Shown: one piece after another, positions 11,666-24,210 of the stretch
Numbering within the stretch: position 1 is the stretch's first letter
How the letters are laid out: each line of letters begins with the position of its first letter
Source: Lama guanicoe
Lineage: Eukaryota
Assembly: GCA_013239625.1 (NCBI GenBank)
Contig: MU053448.1
Location: 372,001 to 436,000 of the forward strand
Direction of reading: 5' to 3'
DNA: 64,000 bases
Notes under the pieces: model-generated
Seen by the model: the letters and a program-made list of their open reading frames with translations, nothing else
The model's database searches: none
What the model was told of the DNA's origin: nothing
Program-made: the position numbers and the translations under genes

Positions 11666-12544
11666 TTTTTTTTTTTTTCTTAACATTTTTTATTGATTTA
11701 TAATCATTTTACGATGTTGTGTCAAATTCCAGTGTTCAGCCCAATTTTTCAGTCATACATGGACATATACACCCTCATTGTCACATTTTTTTCTCTGTTA
11801 GTTACCATAACGTTTTGTGTAAATTTCCCTGTGCTATACAGTATAATCTTATTTATCTATTCTACAGTTTTGAAATCCCAGTCTATCCCTTCCCACCCTC
11901 CGCCCCCCTGGCAACCACAAGTCTGTATTCTCTGTCTATGAGTCTATTTCTGTCCTGTATTTATGCTTTGTTTTTGTTTGTTTGTTTGTTTGTTTTTTAG
12001 ATTCCACATATGAGCGATCTCATATGGTATTTTTCTTTCTCTTTCTGGCTTACTTCGCTTAGAATGACATTCTCCAGGAGCATCCATGTTGCTGCAAATG
12101 GTGTTATGTTGTCAGTTTTTATGGCTGAGTAGTATTCCATTGTATAAATATACCACATCTTCTTTATCCAGTCACCTGTTGATGGACATTTAGGCTGTTT
12201 CCATGTTTTGGCTATTGTAAATAGTGCTGCGATGAACATTGGGGTGCAGGTGTCATCCTGAAGTAGGGTTCCTTCTGGATACAAGCCCAGGAGTGGGATT
12301 CCTGGGACATACGGTTAGTCTATTCCTAGTCTTCTGAGGAATCTCCACACTGTTTTCCATAGTGGCTGCACCAAACTGCATTCCCACCAGCAGTGTAGGA
12401 GGGTTCCCCTTTCTCCACAGCCTCTCCAGCATTTGTCATTTGTGGATTTTTGAATGACGGCCATTCTGACTGGTGTGAGGTGATACCTCATTGTAGTTTT
12501 GATTTGCATTTCTCTGATAATTAGTGATATTGAGCATTTTTTCA
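11666..12544 (-). mobile_element. Young 5'-truncated L1 (ORF2 C-terminus + 3'UTR + poly A)
   Basis: Perfect 15-bp TSD tggggaaccttttct (11651-11665, 12545-12559). ORF2 peptide [19 protein letters not shown]...WKQPKCPST...YYSAIK in one frame with a single internal stop. Confidence 0.95.
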
Positions 12545-13190
12545 TGGGGAACCTTTTCTGACTCCCTAAAACTGACAACCAAGAAGAGCATTTTTGTTTT
12601 GTTGTTGAGTATCGCTGTGGACTTGTGTTTTTATTTGCTTTTTTAAGTTCAGTATAGTTGTTACGTATTTTGATGTTCAAATTTGTCCTAGATTTGCCCA
12701 GTGGAGTCCCCTTCAGGCTTTGAGCAGCCTTTTTGGTGCAAACCTAAGATATTCTAGGCTCATCTTTCTGCCTTGGCCCTCAGTTCAGCCTTTTTTTCCC
12801 CAGAGCCTGGGTTTCACTCAGTGGGAAGTGGTACTTGGTAACCAGTATCTTAGTGCTTGGTACACTCGTTGCTGCCGGAGTGCCATTGATTTTACGTCTT
12901 TTCCAAACACAGAGCAAGCAGATATACAAATGTAAATTCATAGTGAGGTTTCCAATTCAGATTGTTCATAAAAATTTCCTTGATTTTATCTTCTAGTAAT
13001 TCTAACATACTTTACTATAAAAACATACATTGTATGACATTAACATTGCTTTATCATACAATATACATGAAGTAGTTTTAAAATTTAATGTCATCATGAT
13101 TATGAATAAGATCAATTAGTAAAGTTTAAGTTCTTTTTCCTTTAAAGTGTATCCAACTAAAGATGTATAGTTCAGAAGGCCCTTGATACA

Positions 13191-13358
13191 CAGTTGACCC
13201 TGAACAACGCAGGTTTGGACCGCGTGGATCCACTTTACCGCGGGTGTTTTGCAGTTGGTTGAGTCTGTGGGTGTGGAGGGCCGATGGATACGGAGGGCTG
13301 ACTGTAAGTTCTGTAAGTTCTGTTCGGGTTAACCCCCGAGTTGTTCAAGGGTCACCTG
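13191..13358. mobile_element. Tigger2-family MITE (MER8/Tigger2a-like)
   Basis: TIRs cagttgaccctgaacaac ... gttgttcaagggtcacctg followed by TA. Confidence 0.8.
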
Positions 13359-13822
13359 TACCCTTCTTTTTATAGAAGCAAAGGTTAATTTGCTTGTTAC
13401 CAGCTCTCAGTTTTGCTTTTTTATGATTTAATTGTAATTTTTGAAGATGAAAACCATTTCTATGTTTTAGAAGTAAATACAAGGTATTTTCTCAGACTCG
13501 GAACCTTACTTTGATTCGCCTCTGCTGCCTTCCATCCATACCCCTCTTCCCATCTCCCTGTAGGTAATCATGTTGTGTCTGGTTTACCTTTCCAGAGCAC
13601 ATGTGCACGTGTATCTTTTTTATTCTGTCTTAAGCAAAACTTAGCATAGTATATAAACTGTTACGCACTGTCCCTTTTTCACTTAGTTATATTTCTTGGG
13701 ATAATTTTCATTAAATGTTGAATGATTGAATACTAAGTGGGAATGAAATTTTTTTCATGTTATTGCTTAAGAATTGCATTGTATGATCACTTTGTTAAGT
13801 TTATTTTATTTATCATTGCCAG

Positions 13823-13937
13823 CTTGCATTCACAAGAGATGGGCTCTGTGGTCTGTGGAATGAAATGGTTAAAGATGGAGAAATTGTGTATACTGGGACA
13901 GAATTAACACAGAATGGAGAGCTTCCTCCTAGAAAAG
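13823..13937 (+). CDS. HERC2: HERC2 exon 3 (115 nt), LAFTRDGLCGLWNEMVKDGEIVYTGTELTQNGELPPRK
   Basis: ttgccag| acceptor, AAG|GTAAGG donor, phase 0 to 1, HERC2 peptide. Confidence 0.97.
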
Positions 13938-15211
13938 GTAAGGGCCTTTTACTAGTATTTTTCAGTTTGTGAAGACCTTTATGAATTGCATTTCATATAG
14001 ATTTTAAAGAATGTGGTGTAGGAATAGGAGCGTATCTGATCTTAACTCTGAAGTTCTGTTTCACGTGATGTCTAAATGATAGTTAATATTACGAGCTGCC
14101 TGGATTTCATTGTTCTCTGTGAATTAAAGGCTTTTTTTTTTGTAAAACCACCTTTCTGTGGTGTCCTTCTCTGATGTCTTGTTGGCAGCTTATACGAACT
14201 CCAGTTAATGTTTTAAAATGTTGGCTAACTCTAAATCGTGGTTATTATAAGGTTGAGTGGAAATAATTAATATTCCTGAAATTTTTCCCAAATGATTCTC
14301 CTGTGGGAGTGTATAAAACACTCTTTGGAAGTCCTTGGCCTGTGGACTGGACTTGGCTCTTTCATTTTATTGTACATTGTTGTCTATGCAGGGAAATACC
14401 AGTGAACATTCTTACTTAGGCCTGTAGCTCAACAAAATTCTGTCATTTAGTTGTTCTTGACTTTGTGAATCAGAATCATTGTTCGGGCTTTAAAAAGGAA
14501 TGGATGCCTGTACTCACCTCAAACCTATAGAATCTGAAAGGCCTCACTTGAGACTCACTGCTGAAGTTTTAGTCCTGCTGTTTGAAAATCATCAAAACGG
14601 ATAAAAGTACTGTTTTAGAAGGTAGTTATTTTTCTCTTTGGGGAATGAATTGGGATAGTGTCCACTTGAAAATACATTGGAAAGACATTGATATGTCTTT
14701 TCAGTTACAACGTCTAGCAGAATTGGCTTTGTTTTGTTACTATTTGATTGTGAAAACTTCCACACACCTGGAACAACGAAAGGTCTATGCAGCGAGCAGC
14801 CGCACATTCGTGCCCCGTATCTGCCAGTCTCCATCCCCCTGTCCATTGGTGCGTCTCACCTGGCTCCCTCAGATACCCCGTGCGTATTAACTAGGTCAAG
14901 TTCAGTGTAGCCTTTTGTCTTTAAGGTAAAACGTTTGCATAATGAAATACATATGTTTTAAGTTTACTATACCACCAGTTTTGACAGCTATAATCTGTGT
15001 AACCTAAACCCCAACATTATGCTCACTTAGAAAGTTCTCTCTCCCCCCACCCTGGCTCAGAGGCAACTGCTGGTCTGATCTTTCTCTGACATGGATTAGT
15101 TTTGCCTTTTCCAGACCTTCATGTACATAAAATCATGTAATCATGTGTGCTAGTTTGTGTCTGGCTTCTTTCACTCTGTAATGTTTTAGTAGTTTAGTAG
15201 TTTCTGTATAT

Positions 15212-15367
15212 ATTCAAAAAATATTTTATTTATTATTGTATTATTTAATTATTTTATTTTGGCAGGGGGAGGTAATTAGATTTATTTATTTTTAGAGGAG
15301 GTGCTGTGGACCGAACCCAGGACCTCGTACATGCTAAGCACGCACTCTCCCACTTTATACCCTCCCC
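15212..15367 (-). mobile_element. tRNA-Ala SINE (vic-1 type), copy 5
   Basis: TSD gtttctgtatat at 15200-15211 and 15368-15379. Small deletion in the head region. Confidence 0.88.
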
Positions 15368-17244
15368 GTTTCTGTATATTTTTGAAGATTTTGTAGCTCT
15401 TCTTTCCCAGCCCTCCAGTATTGGTTAATGTATGAGAACAGTGTTTCCCAAAGTGGTTTTTTTGTGAAATATCAGTTCTAAAAGATGCTCTGAGAAAAAC
15501 TACTTACATGGAAAAATTCAAAGTGTGTTTCTTACTCATTACAGTCAATGAATAATTTTTGTTCTTTGTTCTTTTAAAAGTCACATGGTTAGAAAGCAAA
15601 GCATAATTGTTCTTTATGTGGGTCCCAACTGAATAGTTTTTCCGCATTCAGTAAAAATTTCTATTTTGAATATGGCATGGTATGTGCTTTTTAGTGTCAG
15701 AAAATCCTTTTTTCACAGATAGACTTAGATGTGCCAGATTTCACCTTTAAGACTGTGTACACTATATGTGGTTGTATTGTAGTTGATTGTAAGGAGAATA
15801 GGGACTAGAGGAGCAGTTCCTTCAACACTCAGATTTCTTTGCTGTTTTCCCTGGGGATCTATGACTTTCTTCCGCACACACCCATCCTGGGTTGGGCTCT
15901 TAACTATTGTCAAGCTTGATCATGGTTCATTTCTGTGAAGTAGTGGCTTCTAATAACTTGCACTTCCCTTGCAGTAAACTTACCTTTCTTTCTTTCACAG
16001 TCACTTCTAGAACTTTCTGGTTCTACTGATGAGGACAGAAAGTTACCTCCCAGGTAGCAGTAAGCTTTGAATACAGAAGCTTACTTCCAGGGGAGGGGCC
16101 TGCCCTACAAAAGATAGACTAGATGGCTTACACTTTTTTTTCAAGTGAACATTTCTTATTGACACCCTATTTAGGATGGTTTGTATTTATTATTTTCAAG
16201 GAAAGTAGAGGATGGAATAGAATGTAAAGAAAGGAAAGCTAGGAGGATACTAAAAGATGTGCTAAACGTATTTTTTAATTTTTGTCTGGTGCTGGCCTTG
16301 TGAAGAACTTAAGTATCAGGAATTGCTTCCTTTATTGTAAACCTTTCTCATTATTCCGTTTAGTCCTTGGCTCTACCAAGAAATGGAGGCCACAGTTGGC
16401 ACAAATAACAGGACGAAGCTAGTAACTGAAGCCAGACCCTCTTGAAAGAGTTTCATTGCTCTTTCTGTTATGCTACAAATGTAATTTATTGACATCAGGA
16501 CTACCTTTCTGTAGTTCCATGGAATTGCAAAATTATTTTTGTTTTTTTCTGGCTTCATATTGTACATAGGTGTGTTAATTGTTCTGAGGATTAAAAAAAA
16601 TTTTTTTTCTTGGTCTAGTCAGTACTCTTGGTATGTGTTCCAATTTTAAGAGCTTAGAGATGAGTTTTTGATTGATTGATTGATTTTTTAGACCGTGAAC
16701 AACTTTTCTGCTGATTTGAATAGTTTTTCTGTGGAGGAGATAACAAAAAAACATTAAATGTGGCCTTTCCCCCCAGATAACTCATGAGTATTTGGGCCAA
16801 AAAGACATTGACATACCAAAGTATATAACAAGATGGTGAGGACACCGTGATGCCACCCACACCCGGGGCTGGGGGAGGTCTGGGGTGGAGTGTTTCCTGC
16901 GGGTTAGTCAGGGAGACCTGGCCTGGGTTCAAGGATGGTGGTGTGTGGGGTCCCCAGGGAGAAGGGAGCACAGGCCTCCAGGTGGAGGACTGAACAGCAG
17001 GGGTGAGGAGGATCGGGAGCAGTAGAAGTGGGTGGGCCAGGCCGGAGGGAAGTGGACTCTTTTGAGTGCCCAGCTACATCTAAATCCAGGAGGACAAACC
17101 TGCTGTTGCGGTGGCCACGCTTCCTGGGGGACACATTTATACCCTGAAGTTTAGAAGCCACCGTGCAAAGGGCCATGAGTGTTAGGAAGTGTAGTCAGGA
17201 CCTGTCCTCCTAGCAGTGGGGGCTCAGAGAATCCTGATTCCATA

Positions 17245-17395
17245 GCCCAAGGGTTCTCAAGCTCTGTGGTTAATCAGGATCATCTTGAGGGCTGGGACAG
17301 ACCCCCAGGGCTAGCCCCACCCTTAGAGTTTCTGATTCCCTGGAGTTGGGATGGTGTCTGGGAGTTTGCGATTCTAACATGTTTCCAGGTCCCGC
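17245..17395. mobile_element. MER5A-like hAT-Charlie fragment
   Basis: ggttctcaagct...ccccacccttagagtttctgattc...tttgcgattctaacatgtttccaggt. Confidence 0.6.
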
Positions 17396-18639
17396 TTACG
17401 ATGCTTGAAAGAGCTTCCTCGTGTACTCCTTAGAAAAGAGAAGATTAAACAATAACAGCAAATGACCGCAGTTAGGTTTCCCTTGTCAATTTATTCTGTC
17501 CTTCATAATGAATTCTTACTGCTTTGAAGCTTGGGTCCTTTATGGAAAGCTTACCCCACTCCTGGGAGTCTGCCTGGTGTCTACTGGAAGCAGTGATGTC
17601 AGCTTCTGCTGGAGTCTGTTCCCTTCGGGGCTGGTGCTATTGTTTTTGTGTGTCGAGGACCCAATTTCCGGCCTTTAGCTTTGGAAGGAAGCAGATGATG
17701 AGGCTTGAGGCTCTGGTTGACAGATCATGCTTAGCAACACTGTCAGAATAGACAGGAGTACCATCCTTCGCAGGGTGGGTTTCACGGCTGTTGTGTGAGG
17801 ATTTGGTCCTTGTCCACCCTGGGGGTTAGAACACAGCAAAAGTAGCGAGGCATGGAAAGCGTCCCTAGGGCCTCCCACCCTCCTGGGAACTGCAGTGTGT
17901 TTGTTTGAGTAACCTTCTGCTTGTCCAAGGTTAATCAAGGGAACAGTAGTTTTCTCCTTTTGATTTGCCAGCTCTCCCCATACTGTGGCCCTGAAGCACA
18001 GGGATGCTCTAATGATAGCAGCGAGCGCATGGGGAAATAAGGAGCATCCCAGCTCTACCTGACTTTATTCCCAGCCTTCCCCTGCGTGTGACTTGCATCA
18101 TGAACTCCGTGACGTGGGAGCCAGCGTTTGTTACGCTGGTCATCTAGGAAAAGCCAGAGGCCATCTGGTTGTAAAAACACCTCTACAGTTTTATAGTTCG
18201 GAATTTAGGCTATGATCCTGGGAAGATGGCACCAAACAGCTTTGGGAGGAGGCTGGTCTGGGCTTGAGAGAGGATGGCTGTGCTGTGGTCACAGAGAGGA
18301 AGCCTAGGACTCATACCTTTGTTCATTGATCACCTTTGTCAATCCTGATATATTTTTGTGGGTTTTGTTAACTAAGGCAGTTAAAATTCACTTTCCCTCA
18401 ATTTTCTGCAATTTACTATATCAGCTCAGTTATCTCTTAGCATCTCCTTTCCTGTTCTGGCTTAACTGGACATTTTCCTCTAAGACAGAAGTTACTGTCT
18501 TTCTTCCTTGATAGAAACATTTATCATCTTGCATATATATTTCCATTTCTGTGCCACCATTCTTTCTAGTTTAATCTCAGCCATCAATATTAACTACAAA
18601 TTTTATCCAAGTTAAACAGCTTCTAATTCAGATAGTGGT

Positions 18640-19548
18640 TTCACACCAATTCTGTGATTCTCCAGCACCAGCTGGGTGTCTAATAATTCAGTCCAGTTCT
18701 GACACTTAACTACTGGACTTACCTCAGGCCCTGCAGATTAACGGCTCAGTCCGATAAGACTGCCTCCACTTAAGGTGCCAGTCACAAATGGAGTTCCCAG
18801 AGTGCTCCCACTTCTGCCTGGCTGACTACAAATTCGGAAGTTTCCATGACTGCTTCAGGTTCAAGAATTCACCAGAATGACTCAGAATGCAGGAAAATTC
18901 TTTGTTTTTTGGTTTAGTCAGTCTGTCTGTCTGTCTATCTATCTATCATCTACTTTTATTAAAGGATAGTCAGTTATAGTGTGACGATCTCTGGTACACA
19001 GCATAATGTCCCAGTCATACATATACATACATATATTCATTTTCATATTCTTTCATAAAAGGTTATTATAAGATATTGAATATGGTTTCCTGTTACTGGT
19101 TTATTTTAAAGAGTACAACTCAGAAGCAGCCAAATGGAAGAGATGCGGAGGGCGAGCTCGGAGCTCCCATGGAGCGCCCATGCCTTCTCGGGACCCTCTA
19201 CTCTCCTGGCGCATCTACGTTTTCACCAGCCTGGAGTCTCCCCAGTCTCGTTGTTCAAGAGATTGAATAATTTAATCTCCAGCTCCCCTCTCTCTGGAGA
19301 TCGGGGGATGGGGCTGATAGTTCTCACCCTCTGATCACTATTTATTTTTTTGGTGTCAAGCCCACACCATAAAACATTCTAGCGGCCTCGCCCTGTGCTA
19401 GCGCATTAGCATGAGCCCAGGTGTAGTGGAAAGGGGCTGGTGATGAACAGCAAAAGACACTCCTATCCTCAGTAAGTTCGAAGGATTTTAGGAGCTCTGT
19501 GCCAGGAACCTGGGGCAAAGACCAAATGTATATTTTTATTATACTACA
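18640..19548 (-). mobile_element. MER21-like ERV LTR, interrupted by an L1 3' tail at ~18900-19093
   Basis: caccagctgggtgtctaataattcagtccagttctgacact...aaggattttaggagctctgtgccaggaacctggggcaaagaccaaat...; recalled MER21 motifs. Confidence 0.75.
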
Positions 19549-20397
19549 GATAAAAAAAAATGGGAAGTAGGTGTTAGAGCATTTTAGCGGAGCTCTGGAG
19601 TCCACATCATAAGAGCCCCATTTTGCGTGTCCAGTGAGCACGAAGAACGTACTCAAGTTAGAGCTGTGAAGGTGTTTTTGCATCCTGCCATTGCAGTAGC
19701 AATAAGAGGCACAGGATGTGTGCGTTTTTGTCTTGTTTGTTCTAAGTTTATTGATAGTTTCTATTTATTTTTCTATTTTTTAGTTTGTATTGAGGCACAG
19801 TCAGTTTACAGTATTGTGTCAACTTCTGGTGTACAGCACAATGCCCCAGCCACACATGAACATACATATATTTATTTTCACATCTTGCATTTATTTATTA
19901 ACCTGTGTTTGGTGACTTCTAGCTTTTGTGTAGAGGTTCACACATTAGCTGTTGATGAAATCAGTTCAATCTTGGGCCAGCGTCTTTAAGTTGATAAAAG
20001 ACTTGAACATTGCTTTTAAGTGAATACACTATGGGACTGTGATTTTTTTTTTATTGATACAAAAATTTTTGTCAGAATTTTAGAGTTCAATTAGAGTGAG
20101 TCTTATATTTTCACAATCTTACATGTGGAAGTCATGTCAACTTCCTGATGAATAAAACTCAAGTAGGAAGTTCAGAAAATTCAGAAGAACTAGGCTCTCT
20201 TTGCGTGAACAAGCCCAAGGCTAAGAAAACATGCACTGTGTCGTAATCCACACTGTTGGCACATCAGGGAATGGACATAGAGGCATTTTAAACCAGTTAT
20301 CAAATCAGTCTGCTTTATCCAAGGGTTCACCTAGATAATGTGAATTTAGATTCTAAATGTAAAAGTGCTCCTGAGTTAGAGGTTTCTGAGAAATGTT

Positions 20398-21166
20398 TTT
20401 TCCTCCAGCACTGTTGAGCTGTAATTGACATGTAATATCTTGTGTCAGTTGAAGGTATATAGCGTGATGATTTGATATGTGTATCAAATGAAAAGATTAC
20501 CACTAAAAGGTTAGTTAATACTTCCGTCACTTCATATAATTACCACTTTCTGGAGTGTGGTAAGAACATTTTAAGATTTACTGTCAGCAGCTTTCAAGTA
20601 TACAAGACACTGTTGTTAAGTACAGTGACCACGTTGGATGGACCCTAGCTCCCAAGAACTTACTTTTCTCATCTCCCCATTGCTGACATCTCCCCATTCC
20701 CCCTCCCCTGCAGCCCCTGGCACCCACCAGTCTACTCTCCATGATTTGGCTTTTTTAGATTCCACATGTAAGTGGATCATATCATGTGTCTGACTTTAGT
20801 AACGTCCTAATCACCCATGGTGTTGTAAATGACAGGATTTTCTTCTTTTTTTATGACCAAATAATATTCTTATGTGTGTGCGTGGTTGCACGTGTGTATG
20901 TGTGCGTTTTCTTTATCCATTCATCCCTTGATGGGTACGTAGGGTGTTTCCACATCTCAGCTATTGTGAATAATACATGCACTGAATGTGGGAATACAGA
21001 TATCTATTTGAGATAGTGATTTCATTTTCTTTGGATGTTTATCCAGGAGTGGGATTGCTGAATCATATGGTAGGTCTATTTTTAATTTTTTTTAAGGAGC
21101 CTCCATTCTGTTTTCCACAGGATCTGTGCCAACTTGCATTCCCACCAACAGTACACCAGAGTTCCA
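20398..21166 (-). mobile_element. L1MA-type 3' end with degenerate TSD
   Basis: L1 3'UTR/ORF2-end text (tttagattccacatgtaagtg; ttgcattcccaccaacagt). Flanks tttctgagaaatgtt (20383-20397) and tttctgaaagacgtt (21167-21181) differ by 3 transitions. Confidence 0.8.
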
Positions 21167-21654
21167 TTTCTGAAAGACGTTCCCCCACCTCCCCTCAAAA
21201 GGCTGACCACTCTTTAAAGTATCAGAAGGTTCTTCTTTTTCTGGGGATTCTTGATTTCCATTTTTTTTGGGTTATGTGTTTTATTCTCTGTAAACTAATC
21301 AGAGTAGCAATACCACTAGATTTAATAGAATTAGAAGTTAACAATTCGTTGCAGAGGTAAGGAAATACACATATGCAGTGAAGGGTACTTTCAGTGGTAC
21401 TGGATATCACGGACCTACTGGCTAAGTAAGGTATTCTGTTGAATGAATCTGAATTATTTTTAATCACCCGAATTTCCACCGTAGTCTTCTCCACCCCAAA
21501 ACAAGTCAGGTCCGCATTTTGGTGTCTGGTCTTGCACTTGGCTATGAGATAGTAAGGTTCACAGACCCTGGGGCCACAGAGGAGTAGCTCTCCTTACCAG
21601 CCCAAGGCTCTGGGTGAGATAAACACTCCGAGTGCTATCTGGGTGGTAAGAAAT

Positions 21655-21800
21655 GCATTTCAGCAAGACTGAGATGCCTTAGTAGTAAGATGTGCTATTA
21701 TTTATCACCAGGAGTGTCTGCGCTGCCCGTGAATATGATGCATCTCAATTTGACATGCTGAAATTTGCAGAAGGTGCATCTGTGGACTGATGAAACACTT
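21655..21800. mobile_element. MER104-like Tc2 MITE remnant
   Basis: gatgcatctcaatttgacatgctgaaat...gtgcatctgtggactgatgaaac resembles the recalled MER104 terminus. Confidence 0.45.
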
Positions 21801-23782
21801 ACTTCATGGGGTTACTGGATTGATTAATGAGTAGAGTATGATTTATGACATGTGCGGAACAGTACCTGGCTCCCAGTCTGTGCTATTTAAGGGTTTGTGG
21901 TTCTCACAGTGGTGGTTTAAGTGCAGGCAGAAGTGTCAGTGTCCCGTCCCCATGAGTCCCCGGTGCTGAGCACAGTGCCTGGCACATAGGAGATGCCAGT
22001 CCTAGGATGAATGAAGTTCGTGTTCCTGTGTTAAATCATCTTGTGACGGGACGTGCCTGCCTGAGCGACTGAAATGCCTGGTTTTGATTAGAGGAGCTGC
22101 AGCAGAGATAAATTCAAATCTTTTATATCACACATTTATTTTAAAATTCAGTGTTAGAACTTTTTAATAATTTTACCTCATTAAAAAGTACTTATATTGC
22201 ATGTCCAGGTTATAGCATCAAGAGCTAATGCAGTTTTCAGTAAAAAGTGAGTTCCTTCCAAATCCTGTTCTCCAGATACCTTTCTTTCCTTCTCAGGAGT
22301 ATTATTAGGTTTAGTTTCTTTGCAGAGGTAATACACTGGCATATAAGTATATGTATGAAACACACACTTTATTTTAAATAAAAATTAAAGCCCTCTACGA
22401 TGTAAGGTACACCAGAATTCAGGAGAAGTATATAAAAAGGTGTAACAGTACAACATTTAGACTTTGACCCTCAGCCTCTGGCTGGACTTTATCCTTCTTT
22501 GAAATCAGTAAATTGACCCCTGCTGGGCCCAACTGCACTGAGTTAAGGAGAGACCATTTGACCTCTCCTGGGCCCAGCTGCCTTGAGTCAAGGAGAGACC
22601 AGTGATTGCATGGGAAGCACGGCCCAGACTGCAGCTTCCCTGCGGACTGCAGGTGGGCTGCTTGGGGCCGTGGGTCATTATGCACTGTACCACGAAATCA
22701 GAGCTTCCTCCTTGCTCCCCGTGTCAGCCCTTCCAGATCCTTCTCCACACTGTGGTCCCAGGGACTTCTCTGAAATGCACTCTTCCCTAAAAAGACTCAG
22801 TGAATGGTGCAGTGTGTGGGTTATTCCTTCATTCACTCTTTGGTTCACGGACTCTTCTGGCTGTTGGTGAGATTGGTTGTAAGCACTGGGATGTGGTGGT
22901 GAATGAGCCAGGGATTGCCCCGGCTTTCCTGGTGCTTACGTCCTGACTAAGACAACTGGTAAAAAACAGATAAAATGGCAGTGGGAGGAAAACAGGTACG
23001 AAGAAAACAACAGGATGGTGATGCAAGAAGCTGCCAGGGAGGGCCCCTGAGATGAGGAGCCACGGCCCCCCGAATTCACACTCAACGCTCTTCACCCTGC
23101 CTGTACGGACTCTGTATCTGCCCTGACCTGTGAGGGCAGGCTCTGTCCTTTTCACCCTGGTACCCACGGCACCTGCCAGAGAACTGGCACACAGGAGGGA
23201 TACAGTCAGAATTTGTCATGAGTTAGTGAGTTGTCTCTTGACTTGTCATGGCTTTACTCTGGGGCTGTACCAGTTCCCCAGAGGAGGAGGGGGCACTGAA
23301 GATGAGTGCCTCTTTCTGTGTCACTCAGGTGGCTACTTTGAACTTTTTTGCTCTGTTCACACCTACTGAGTAGTCTTCCTTATTAACTTTGTGTATCTTT
23401 TAAAATCCCATTATTGATTTGATGGATCACTTTTATTTTTCATATGAGAATTAAATTTTCCTGTTAAATAAATATAGGCATCTTCTTTCCTTAACCTGCT
23501 CATAAAATCTTTGAATTGTTTGTGAGGTTGCCATGTAATCAGTACTACATTTGTAATAAAATGAGCCAGATGAAATAAATATTGCACTGTATCTTTATCA
23601 TGCAGCAGAGTCAAGGGAAATTTGAATGTTTACTTCTGAGTTTGTGTTCCATTAGAAAGTTTTCACACCTAAAATCTCTGAAAATTGTACCTGTGCTTTG
23701 TAAATAGAAAAAAATATTTCAATGTCATACAAAAACATATACTGTATCTCTTTTTAGCCCATCTTTAATTATTTGGTACCTT

Positions 23783-24210
23783 TACTAAGCCATGGTGCCC
23801 AGATATTTATTTGGTCAAATACTATTCTGGATGTTTCTGTGCAGGTGATTTTTAGACGAGATTCACATTTAAATCCATGGATTTTGAGTAAAGCAGATTA
23901 CTCTTCGTAATACAGGTGGGCCACATCCAATCAGTTGAAGAGCCTGACTAGAGAAAAGACTGACCTCCCTCTAACAAGAAGGAATTCTGCCTCCAGATTG
24001 CCTTTGGACTCAAACTGTAATATCAGCTGTTCTCTGGGTCTCCAGCCTGCTGGCTTGCCCTGCAAATTTTGGACTTGAATGTCTGCAATTGTGGAAGCCA
24101 GTTCCTTAAAATATATCAGTCTTTCTCCCTCTCACAGTGCACCCCTCCCACTCCTGCCTGCACACCCACACTTGTTGTTTCGGTTTCTGTGGAGAACCCT
24201 CACTAAGACA
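23783..24210 (+). mobile_element. MLT2B-like ERVL LTR
   Basis: gccatggtgcccagatattt...ggtcaaatactattctggatgtttctgtg...gtaaagcagattac...ggagaaccctcactaagaca. Confidence 0.82.

Noticed and set aside
20139..20172. 8-bp inverted repeat enclosing a C-box-like TGATGA (snoRNA candidate)
   Set aside because: Far too short and has no terminal D box (CTGA).
21303..21356. 54-nt exon-like unit with strong donor GAG|GTAAGG
   Set aside because: Weak acceptor context, immediate stop in the HERC2 phase and no recognisable peptide; typical pseudo-exon.
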